NCBI GenBank assembly: GCA_040218735.1
Contig: JAVJQW010000041.1
Location: 407,801 to 471,800 of the forward strand
Direction: 5' to 3'
DNA: 64,000 nucleotides
Source: Deltaproteobacteria bacterium
Lineage (GTDB): Bacteria > Myxococcota > Kuafuiibacteriia > Kuafuiibacteriales > Kuafuiibacteriaceae
The notes below the pieces were generated by a model. It saw only the letters and a program-made list of their open reading frames with translations, was not told where the DNA came from and made no database searches. Below, piece after piece: positions 9,598-17,803 of this stretch; the first letter of the stretch is position 1; each line of letters opens with the position of its first letter. The translations under genes were made by a program, and so were the position numbers.

Positions 9598-10293
9598 TTA
9601 CATCTTCTTGAGCTCGGCGCGCCGGTTCTTCTGGTGCGCGGACTCCGAGCCGCCCAGGTCGATCGGCCGCTCCTCGCCGTACGAGATGATGTGGATCTGC
9701 TTCTCGTTCACGCCCTGCGCGACGAGGTACTTGCTCACGCTGCGCGCGCGACGCTCCCCGAGGTGCAGGTTGTACTCGGTCGAGCCGCGGACGTCGCAGT
9801 GACCTTCGATCTCGATGTTCTCCGCCGGCGTCTTCGTGAGCACCGTCGCGACGCGTGAGAGCACCGCCTTGCTGTCCTCGCGGATCGTGGCGTCGTTGTA
9901 GTCGAAGTAGATCGTCTCCAACGCGCCCGCGAGGTCGAGCGTCGCGCTCGCGTCCGTCATCGCGTTGGCCTCCGGATCCGAGATGTCCTCTTCCTCCGCG
10001 ACCTGGTCACAGCCGGGCTTCGACGCCGCCTGCGCCTGCTCGGCGAGGCTCTTCGCCTGGTTCGCCTTCTCCTTGGCCGCGTCGACCTCGCCGTCCTCGG
10101 CGAGCTGACGCGCCTCGGCGATCGCCGCCTCCGCGGCCTGGTAGGTCTCCTTGGCGCAGTCGTTCGCCTTGCCGGCGCGCGCCTCGTCGATCGCCTTCAT
10201 CGCCGCCTCGAGCTCGAGGTCGGCCGTGTTCTTCGGGCACGCGTAGAGCGCGACCGCCATCATGAGCACCGCGATTCGTTTCATGATCCCCAT
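9598..10293 (-). CDS. pal: Peptidoglycan-associated lipoprotein Pal (OmpA-like domain, with helical N-terminal extension)
   Basis: Lipobox LYAC; IYFDYND, IEGHCDVRGSTEYNLHLGERRA, ISYGEERP, KNRRAE; downstream of tolB. Confidence 0.9.
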   Translation of the reverse strand: MGIMKRIAVLMMAVALYACPKNTADLELEAAMKAIDEARAGKANDCAKETYQAAEAAIAEARQLAEDGEVDAAKEKANQAKSLAEQAQAASKPGCDQVAEEEDISDPEANAMTDASATLDLAGALETIYFDYNDATIREDSKAVLSRVATVLTKTPAENIEIEGHCDVRGSTEYNLHLGERRARSVSKYLVAQGVNEKQIHIISYGEERPIDLGGSESAHQKNRRAELKKM

Positions 10294-10308
10294 CTCCTCA
10301 CCGTCCGG

Positions 10309-11619
10309 TCATCGGTACGGCGACCAAGCCGGCGTCGAGTAACCGCCGCCCTTCGTGATGCGCGTCTGGTTCGAACCGTCGACCGCCATCACCCAAACCT
10401 GCTGCCGACCCTCGCGCGTCGACGTGAACACGATGTGATTGCCGTCGGGCGAGAAGCTCGGCTCCTCGTTGTTCCCCTGGTCCTGCGTCAGACGTTTGAT
10501 CTCCTTGGTCTCCGCGTTGACCGTGAAGATGTCGAAGACGTTGCGCTCGTCGCGCGCCGTGAATGCGATCAGGTCCCCCTTCGGCGACCAGTCCGGCGTC
10601 TGGTTGTACGTCCCGCGATCCGTAATGCGCTTCACGCCCGAGCCGTCCGCGTTCATCACGAAGATGTGCGGGTCGCCCCACCGCGACGAGACAAACGCGA
10701 TGCGCTTACCGTTCGGCGCCCACGACGGAGACGAGTCGATGCCCCAGTCCTTCGTCAGACGTTTCAGGCCGGTGCCGTCCGCGTTCATCACGTAGACCTC
10801 GCTGTTGCCGTCGCGCGACAGCGTCAACGCGACCTTCGAGCCGTCGGGTGACATCGCGCCGCCCGTGTTGAGCCCACGCTCCCCGGACAGCAGCTTCGGC
10901 GCGCCGCCGCTCAGCGGGATCCGATACAGGTTCGGGTTGTGGCGGATGTACGAAGTGAACAGCAGCTCCGCGCCGCCCGCGCCCCACGACGGGAGCAGGT
11001 TGATCGACTTGTTGCGCGTGACCGGGCGCGCCGACGAGCCGTCGACGTCCATCACCCACAGCTCGCGCCCCGTCTTGGTCTTCCGGACCGCCGCGATCCG
11101 CGTCTGGAAGATGCCCTTGTTCCCCGTGAGGAACTCGACCACCTCGTCCGTGAACTTCCGCGCGAACACCTTCGCCTCGTCCGGCTTGCCCCGGTAGGAC
11201 TTGGCGAGGAGCTGACGGCCGCTCGCCACGTCGAAGAAGCGGAAGTCCGCCTTGAGCGCGCTGCCCGACTCGGTGACGCCGCACTTGATCAGACCCTCGG
11301 CGCCGACGTTGACCCAGTCCTCGAACTTGATCGACGCGGCCGCGAGCCCCTCGCGCGCCTGGTCGGCGAGGTAACTCTTCGGGTCGAGCACCTTGAACGT
11401 CGCCGCGAGCGTGAAGTTCCACCGGAGGGTGTCGGTGATCGACTCCGCGGACGGCGGCGCGGTACCGCCGGCCATGTTGCGCGCGTCGGGGATCGCGATC
11501 GGGTAGGGCCTGAAGTCAGGGCTACCGATCTCGATGACGGCACGGGTGCCGGTGCCCTGGGCAAAGGCGGCGGCGGGGCTGGCGATCAGGAAGAGCGAAG
11601 TGAATAGGAGTCGTCGCAC
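10309..11619 (-). CDS. tolB: Tol-Pal beta-propeller protein TolB
   Basis: Signal peptide from GTG 11619 (GAGG upstream), TolB_N-like region, PD40 repeats (SPSWAPNG, PDWSPKG, PSFSPDG, PAWSP). Confidence 0.92.
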   Translation of the reverse strand: MRRLLFTSLFLIASPAAAFAQGTGTRAVIEIGSPDFRPYPIAIPDARNMAGGTAPPSAESITDTLRWNFTLAATFKVLDPKSYLADQAREGLAAASIKFEDWVNVGAEGLIKCGVTESGSALKADFRFFDVASGRQLLAKSYRGKPDEAKVFARKFTDEVVEFLTGNKGIFQTRIAAVRKTKTGRELWVMDVDGSSARPVTRNKSINLLPSWGAGGAELLFTSYIRHNPNLYRIPLSGGAPKLLSGERGLNTGGAMSPDGSKVALTLSRDGNSEVYVMNADGTGLKRLTKDWGIDSSPSWAPNGKRIAFVSSRWGDPHIFVMNADGSGVKRITDRGTYNQTPDWSPKGDLIAFTARDERNVFDIFTVNAETKEIKRLTQDQGNNEEPSFSPDGNHIVFTSTREGRQQVWVMAVDGSNQTRITKGGGYSTPAWSPYR

Positions 11620-11716
11620 GAGCACCTCGATAGCCGCCGGGGTACGACCGGCGGTGGTCTGGGTCAAGGGGATGCGGTCCAGCACATAGGTAGGACGGGG
11701 GCCTTCCGCACGATGT

Positions 11717-12484
11717 TCACGGCTTGAACCGGACCCCGACCCCCGTGTCGAGGTACTGATCGGCCAGCTCGCGCGGCGGCGGCGGAAGCTTCGTGCGCTT
11801 CAACATCGTCTCCACCGACGCCATGAACGCCTGGTTCGGATGCGCCTTCACGATCTCGTAGCGCGAGATCGTACCGTTGCGCTCGATGAACAGGACCACC
11901 TCCGCGGACAGGAAGCGCCGTTGGCTCGCGGGGATCGTGGTGGGGAGGACGTACTTCGACTTCAGCGTCCGCGCGATCTCCGCCTGGTACTTCGTCGCCG
12001 CGTTCTTCGCGCGCGCCGCCGTCCCCATGATGTCGCCGTCCTCCTGGCCCTCCGGCTCCTCGGAGTCCAGCTTCGACAGCGCGTCGTCCAGCCGCGCGTC
12101 CGATCCTTCGAGCATGCGGCGCGCGGCGTCCGACATCTCCGGGCTCTTCTTCTGGGGCTTCCGCCGCTTCTCGGGCTTGGTCTTGTTGCCGGTGTCGAGC
12201 GCGACGCCGTCGTCCTTCGGCGCGAGCGCGGGCGCGGTCTTGCGGGGCAGCAGCTTCGGATCGCGCGGCTTGCCGAGCCGCACCAGCTCCACCGTCACGG
12301 CTTCGACCGGCCGACGCGCCTTCGGCTTGAGGTTCTGATACGCGACGACGCCGCCGATCGCGCCGCCGTGCAGCAGCACGGAGAGCGTCGCGAACACCAC
12401 GAACCCGCGGTTCGCGTTCGACCGCCGCTGCGACGTGGTGGGGATCCGCATCCCCCCGGTCATCTCCATCGGGTTCTTCGCCAA
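11717..12484 (-). CDS. tolA: TolA/TonB-like energy transducer
   Basis: Single TM with SVLLH motif, Lys/Pro-rich linker, TonB-C-like C-terminus; lies between tolR and tolB. Confidence 0.75.
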   Translation of the reverse strand: MAKNPMEMTGGMRIPTTSQRRSNANRGFVVFATLSVLLHGGAIGGVVAYQNLKPKARRPVEAVTVELVRLGKPRDPKLLPRKTAPALAPKDDGVALDTGNKTKPEKRRKPQKKSPEMSDAARRMLEGSDARLDDALSKLDSEEPEGQEDGDIMGTAARAKNAATKYQAEIARTLKSKYVLPTTIPASQRRFLSAEVVLFIERNGTISRYEIVKAHPNQAFMASVETMLKRTKLPPPPRELADQYLDTGVGVRFKP

Positions 12485-12493
12485 GAATCGCCC

Positions 12494-12925
12494 CTACTTC
12501 GTCTCCGGCGTGTCCATCGGGTCTGTGACCATGCCGAGCTTCTCGACGCCGGCGCGCTTCACGATCGCCATGATGTCAACGACGTAGCCGTACTCGAGCG
12601 AACGATCCGCGTGCAGGTACAGCTCACGCTCGTCCTGCAGCTTCGCGTTCGCCTTCAGTTTGTCCTCCAGCTCCGCGTACGGGATCGCGTTGTCGTCGTT
12701 GGTCCCGATGAAGATCTGCTTGTCCTTCCGCAACGTCAGCACGAGCTTCTTCTCGGTCCCTTCCATCGCCTGCGCCTTCGTCTTCGGCAGGTCGACGTCC
12801 ACGCCCTGCGTGATCAGCGGCGCCGTGACCATGAAGATGATCAGGAGCACCAGCATCACGTCGACCAGCGGCGTGACGTTGATCTCCGAGACGGCGCGCC
12901 CGCCTCCTCCGCTCGACATGCCCAT
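12494..12925 (-). CDS. tolR: TolR/ExbD
   Basis: EINVTPLVDVMLVLLIIFMVTAP signature. Confidence 0.95.
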   Translation of the reverse strand: MGMSSGGGGRAVSEINVTPLVDVMLVLLIIFMVTAPLITQGVDVDLPKTKAQAMEGTEKKLVLTLRKDKQIFIGTNDDNAIPYAELEDKLKANAKLQDERELYLHADRSLEYGYVVDIMAIVKRAGVEKLGMVTDPMDTPETK

Positions 12926-13057
12926 CGCCGCCCGACGCTATCCCATCCGACTTCGACGCACCACGACCCCGATCGATCTGCGAAAATCGCGACTTTTCGG
13001 CCCGGTGGGCGCCGAAGACTGGCGTCGGCGCCCGGATTTCAAGGAAGGTAGAAGGCG

Positions 13058-15814
13058 GTGCACCCCGTCTTCGACCCGAGCCTGTACGTCATCGCAGGCC
13101 ACGCGCTCCCCGCGTTGGGGGTCTCGGTCGCGGTCTGCGTGCTCGGTCTCGTCGTCCTCCTCCGCGAGCGCTTCACCAACGTCGGGTTTGTGTTCATGGC
13201 CTACGCCGGCTGCCTGGGGACGTGGTTCTTCTCGGTCGGGATGCTGGGGTCCGTGCAGGACCCGGAGCTGCTGCGCTTCTACAACGCGCTCGCGATCTCC
13301 GGAGCGACGTTCGTCGCGCCCACGTTCTATCACTTCACCTCCTACGTCGTCGGCGACGTCCAGCGACAGGGCCTCCTGATCCGCGCGAAGTGGTTCGCCG
13401 CCTGCGCGCTGATGTTCCTCCTGTGGTCCAACGACGCGTTCATGACCGCGCCGGCCGAGTTCGCGTGGGGACACTACGTCACGTTCACCTCGTGGTCGGG
13501 CTCCGTCGCGGTGTTCGCGGTCGCCTCGCTCACGGTGTCGCTGGTGCGTGTGCTCCTGTCGTGGCGGAAGTCACCCGTCGGGTCCAACCGTCGCGAGCGC
13601 TCCAAACTGCTGACGCTCAGCTTCCTCTTCGCGTTCCTCGGCGCGCTCGACTTCCTCCCGGCGTTCGGCGTGCAGATGCGCCCGCTCGCGTACATCTGGG
13701 TGCTCCCGCTGATGGTCGCGAGCGTCTACATCACGTTCCGTCACCGCCTCGCGGACCTGTCGGCGGAGCTCGTCGCGGATCGGATCATCGCGACGATGTC
13801 CGAGGCGATCGTCGTCATCGACGCCGACCGCGTGGTGTTCGTCGCCAACGACGCCGCCCACGCGCTCCTCGCCGAAGACGGTCGTTCGCTCCTCGGTCGC
13901 CGCTTCGACGCAGAGCTACTCGGGCGTGACGTCGAGCGTCGCTTCTCCTCGCTCCTCGAACCGGGGGCCGCGCCCCGCAAGGAGATCGAGCTCGAGGATC
14001 GCGCGGGCGACCCACGAACCCTCGAGACCTCGCGCGCCCTCGTCACCGACCCCCGCGGGCAGGTCGTCGCGCAGCTCATCGTGCTCAACGACATCACGGA
14101 GCACCGACAGGCGGAGCGTGCGTTGGCGCGCGCGAAGCTGGGCGCGGAGGCGGCCACCGTGGCGAAGAGCACCTTCCTCGCGAACATGTCCCACGAGATC
14201 CGCACGCCCGTGAACGGCATCATGGGCATGGCGCAGCTCCTGGAGGACACGCCGCTCGACCGCTCGCAGCTCGAGTACGCGCGGACGATCCACACCAGCT
14301 CGCGTGCGCTCCTCACGATCCTCAACGACATCCTCGACTTCTCGAAGATCGAAGCCGGGCGGCTGGAGCTGTCGAAGGCGCCGTTCGATCTGAGGAAGCT
14401 CCTCGACCAAGTCGCGCTCGTCGCCAGCGTGAAGGCGTTCGAGCAGGGCCTCGAGCTGGTGGCGTTCGCCGACCCCGACGTTCCCTCGCAGCTCGTGGGC
14501 GACGCGGGTCGCATCCGGCAGGTCCTCACGAACCTCGTCGGCAACGCGGTGAAGTTCACGGCCGAGGGGAGCGTCGTCGTGCGCGTGACGCTCGACGGCA
14601 CGTCCGACGACACCGCGCGCATCCAGGTCTCCGTCACCGACACCGGGCCGGGCATCCCGGAGGACCGTCAGTCGCAGCTGTTCCGATCCTTTTCGCAGCT
14701 CGACCCGTCGACCACCCGTGAGTTCGGTGGCACCGGCCTCGGGCTCGCGATCTCCAAGCAGCTCGTGACGTTGATGGGCGGAGAGATTGGCGTGGTCTCG
14801 CGGGTCGGCTCGGGGACGACGTTCTGGTTCCGCCTCCCGCTAGGGTGGGGCGGCGAGGCCATCGCGCGGCCGAGGTCACTCGGTGGTCGTCGGGTGCTCG
14901 CGATCGAGGACGAGGATCCCGCGCGGGCGATGCTCGAGATCCTGCTGGGTGCGTACGGCGCGCACGTCATCGCGGTGCCCGACGTCGGCGGCGCCCGTGA
15001 AGCGCTCGCCGAGGGCACGTTCGACGTCGTGATCGTGGACCGAACCCTACCGGACGGCGAAGCGGCGGACGTCGTGGCGGCGCTGGAGGCGTCGTCGTCG
15101 AAGTCTGCGCGGCGGGTCCTCCTCACGCGGGCGGTCCACACCCACCCCGACGAGGTGCCGTTCGAGGCCTTCGTCGCGAAACCGGTGCGCGAGCAACACC
15201 TCGAGCGCGCCGTCCGCGGGGTGAAGGACACGCCGCGGCTGCTGCGGCCCATCTCTTCGTTCACGCGCCAGGTGCAGGTGCTGCTCGTCGAAGACAACCC
15301 GATCAACCAGCGCGTCGCGCTGCGGATGCTCGAGAAGCTCGGCTACGTCGCCGAGGCGGTCGCGAACGGTGAGCTCTGTCTGAAGGCGCTCCGCGACGGC
15401 TCGTACGACCTGATCCTCATGGACGTGCACATGCCCAAGAAGGACGGCTACACGACGACGCGTGAGATCCGTTCGCTCGGCGACGAGCGGGCGCGCATCC
15501 CGATCATCGCGATGACCGCGAACGCGATGGCCGGCGATCGCGACAAGTGCATCGCCGCCGGCATGAACGACTACATCGCCAAACCCGTGGAGCTCGACCA
15601 GCTCGAGGAAGTCCTGCGCCCGTGGAAGGAGCGCATCCGAAAGGAGCGCGCGTCGCTACTTGAAGAAGTGCCGCTTCACGATGTTGAGGAAGTCGCTGGA
15701 GAAGGACTCCATCTCGGACGTGAGGACGCGGATGCGGGAGAGGAAGAAGTTGTAGGCGATGACGGCGGGGATGGCCGCGGCGAGACCGGCGGCGGTCGCG
15801 ATCAGCGCCTCTGA
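13058..15814 (+). CDS. Hybrid sensor histidine kinase (multi-TM sensor, PAS, HisKA, HATPase, two receiver domains)
   Basis: About 7 TM helices, FLANMSHEIRTP H-box, NLVGNAVKFT, DTGPGI, GGTGLGL, receivers VIVDRTLPD and LILMDVHMP; the last ~52 codons overlap tolQ on the opposite strand. Confidence 0.93.
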   Translation: MHPVFDPSLYVIAGHALPALGVSVAVCVLGLVVLLRERFTNVGFVFMAYAGCLGTWFFSVGMLGSVQDPELLRFYNALAISGATFVAPTFYHFTSYVVGDVQRQGLLIRAKWFAACALMFLLWSNDAFMTAPAEFAWGHYVTFTSWSGSVAVFAVASLTVSLVRVLLSWRKSPVGSNRRERSKLLTLSFLFAFLGALDFLPAFGVQMRPLAYIWVLPLMVASVYITFRHRLADLSAELVADRIIATMSEAIVVIDADRVVFVANDAAHALLAEDGRSLLGRRFDAELLGRDVERRFSSLLEPGAAPRKEIELEDRAGDPRTLETSRALVTDPRGQVVAQLIVLNDITEHRQAERALARAKLGAEAATVAKSTFLANMSHEIRTPVNGIMGMAQLLEDTPLDRSQLEYARTIHTSSRALLTILNDILDFSKIEAGRLELSKAPFDLRKLLDQVALVASVKAFEQGLELVAFADPDVPSQLVGDAGRIRQVLTNLVGNAVKFTAEGSVVVRVTLDGTSDDTARIQVSVTDTGPGIPEDRQSQLFRSFSQLDPSTTREFGGTGLGLAISKQLVTLMGGEIGVVSRVGSGTTFWFRLPLGWGGEAIARPRSLGGRRVLAIEDEDPARAMLEILLGAYGAHVIAVPDVGGAREALAEGTFDVVIVDRTLPDGEAADVVAALEASSSKSARRVLLTRAVHTHPDEVPFEAFVAKPVREQHLERAVRGVKDTPRLLRPISSFTRQVQVLLVEDNPINQRVALRMLEKLGYVAEAVANGELCLKALRDGSYDLILMDVHMPKKDGYTTTREIRSLGDERARIPIIAMTANAMAGDRDKCIAAGMNDYIAKPVELDQLEEVLRPWKERIRKERASLLEEVPLHDVEEVAGEGLHLGREDADAGEEEVVGDDGGDGRGETGGGRDQRL

Positions 15815-16429
15815 GATTCCGGGCGCGACGGTCGCGAGGTTCGCGCTGCCCATGCGGCCGATGTCCTGGAACGCCTTCATGATGCCCCAGACCGTTCCGA
15901 ACAGGCCGATGAAGGGCGCCGTCGAGCCGACCGTCGCGAGGAAGGACGTCAGGCTCTCCATCGCGGTGATCTCGGAGTTGGCGCTCCGGCGCAGCGCACG
16001 CTCGACGTTCTCGATGCCGCCGCCCAGCGTCTCCTCGTCGCCGCTTCGTTTCTTCAGGCGCGCGAGCTCGATGTACCCGGCACGGAACACCTGCGAGATC
16101 GGCGAGCCCTTGTAGGACTCGGACTGCTGGTACATCTGGTCGAGGCGCTTCGCGTCCCAGAACGCGGTGAGGAATCGCTCCGACTCGCGGCTCGCGCGGC
16201 GGAGGAACCACCACTTGTGGACGATGATCGCCCAGCTCAACACCGAGAACACGATCAGCAGCACGAGCGCCGCGAAGCTGATTGGCCCGGAGTGCGTGAC
16301 CGTCTCCCACAGCGAGATGTCCGTCGCGGAGGGCGGGGCCGCAGGGGTCTGTCCCACGGCTTCGAGCGTGACGATGATGACCGTGTTCGCGTCCGCACCC
16401 GCAGCCATGAGGTGAATGGCCGCTATCAT
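15656..16429 (-). CDS. tolQ: TolQ (MotA/TolQ/ExbB family)
   Basis: LATVGSTAPFIGLFGTVWGIM, VAPGISEALIATAAGL..AIPAV. Confidence 0.95.
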   Translation of the reverse strand: MIAAIHLMAAGADANTVIIVTLEAVGQTPAAPPSATDISLWETVTHSGPISFAALVLLIVFSVLSWAIIVHKWWFLRRASRESERFLTAFWDAKRLDQMYQQSESYKGSPISQVFRAGYIELARLKKRSGDEETLGGGIENVERALRRSANSEITAMESLTSFLATVGSTAPFIGLFGTVWGIMKAFQDIGRMGSANLATVAPGISEALIATAAGLAAAIPAVIAYNFFLSRIRVLTSEMESFSSDFLNIVKRHFFK

Positions 16430-16440
16430 GGCACCACAGA

Positions 16441-16458
16441 CCTGACAACCATGTCAGG
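16441..16458. promoter_or_regulatory. Perfect palindrome CCTGACA-N4-TGTCAGG, candidate transcription-factor operator
   Basis: cctgacaaccatgtcagg in the divergent intergenic region between tolQ and the 16541 lipoprotein gene. Confidence 0.45.
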
Positions 16459-16540
16459 GGTCGCCCGCGGGCTCGACGCCCGGACCGCGGCACCGTGAAG
16501 TTGCGCCGGTGGTCTCGGTGTTGCACGCTTTTTCGACGGC

Positions 16541-17803
16541 ATGGCACGCACGCACCTCTTCGCTGCGCTGATCGTCGGCGCCTCCGCCTGCGGCGGCTCC
16601 GACGCCCCGATCGGGTCCTCCCAGTCGATTCGTTTCGAGATCTTCAAGGGCGGGCAGAACGTCGACTGCGCGAGCGTCCCGGAGATCACGCGTGTCGATG
16701 GCCTCCTGCTGCGGAGCAACGGCACCCAACAGGCCTCGGGCGAGGCGGACTGCGCGACGGGCACCTTCGAGCTGAACGAGGTGCCCGACGGGAGCTACAC
16801 CGTGGTCCTCAACGCGAAGGGCGAGCTGGGCGCCGACGCGGCCGGCATCCTGTTCTCCGCGCGCTCGGACGTGACGCTCCCCGGCGACGGCACCGCGATC
16901 TCGCTGCGTCCCGAGGTCGCCTACCTCGATCTGGAGTGGAACTTCGGGGACCTCGAGCTCGCCCCCTGCGCCGACCAGGTCGCGTTCGTCGCGGTGACGG
17001 TCGGGACGGGCAACACCACCACCGAGAGCTTCACGGCCGAGTACGACTGTACGGCGACCCCGATCGCGGTCCCCACGCCGTTCGAGCTGACCGAGCACTT
17101 CATCAAGGTCGAAGCGTACAACCACAGCGGATTCATCGACTTCTCCACCGAGGCCCGGCGCGTCTTCGACCGGGGCGACAACGCCTACACCGCGATGCTC
17201 CAGCCCATCGGCGGGACGCTCCTCCTCGATTGGCGCTTCGCCGCCGGCCCGGACATCGCGCAGGCCTGTGACGCCGCGTTCGTGCAGGTCGACGACCTCG
17301 TCGCGACGGTGCGCGCCCTGGACGGTAACGAGGTGACCTCGGAGGTCGTGGACTGCACCGCCGCTCGCCCGTACGTCTACCGCGGCCGCCGGTACGCCCC
17401 GGGCCGCGAGCTGGAGCTGTCGCTGGAGGCGGACGGCGCCCACCGGTTCATCGCCACGATGCCGTTCACGATGCCCCAGGGCGACTACGCACCCGGCGCG
17501 CTGACCCTGGAGGCGGTCGGGACGGCCACGATCACGGTGGAGGTCGCCACCTCGACCTGCACCTCCGCGGACACCCAGCGCTTCGACGTCACCGTCTTCG
17601 AGGTCCCCCCCCGGTCCGGCGAGGTCATGGTCTTCGAAGGGGAGATCCCGGCGGCCGAGACGATGGCCAGCCTCCCCCTGCTGACGTACGGCGAATACAG
17701 AGTCGAGGTGGTCCAGCAGGGGTCGGCGGGGCCCATCTGTACGCTGGACGAGCCGCGCACGATCGACGAAAAAGAGAACACGTGGGCGCCCTTCGTGTTC
17801 TGA
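16541..17803 (+). CDS. Hypothetical beta-rich lipoprotein with repeated Ig/transthyretin-like modules
   Basis: Lipobox ASAC, paired Cys, beta-strand pattern; overlaps the next gene, likely the same operon. Confidence 0.75.
   Translation: MARTHLFAALIVGASACGGSDAPIGSSQSIRFEIFKGGQNVDCASVPEITRVDGLLLRSNGTQQASGEADCATGTFELNEVPDGSYTVVLNAKGELGADAAGILFSARSDVTLPGDGTAISLRPEVAYLDLEWNFGDLELAPCADQVAFVAVTVGTGNTTTESFTAEYDCTATPIAVPTPFELTEHFIKVEAYNHSGFIDFSTEARRVFDRGDNAYTAMLQPIGGTLLLDWRFAAGPDIAQACDAAFVQVDDLVATVRALDGNEVTSEVVDCTAARPYVYRGRRYAPGRELELSLEADGAHRFIATMPFTMPQGDYAPGALTLEAVGTATITVEVATSTCTSADTQRFDVTVFEVPPRSGEVMVFEGEIPAAETMASLPLLTYGEYRVEVVQQGSAGPICTLDEPRTIDEKENTWAPFVF

Noticed and set aside
13007-13033. GGGCGCCGA/TCGGCGCCC hairpin upstream of the hybrid kinase
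   Set aside because: Single GC-rich hairpin with no supporting copy; function cannot be assigned.
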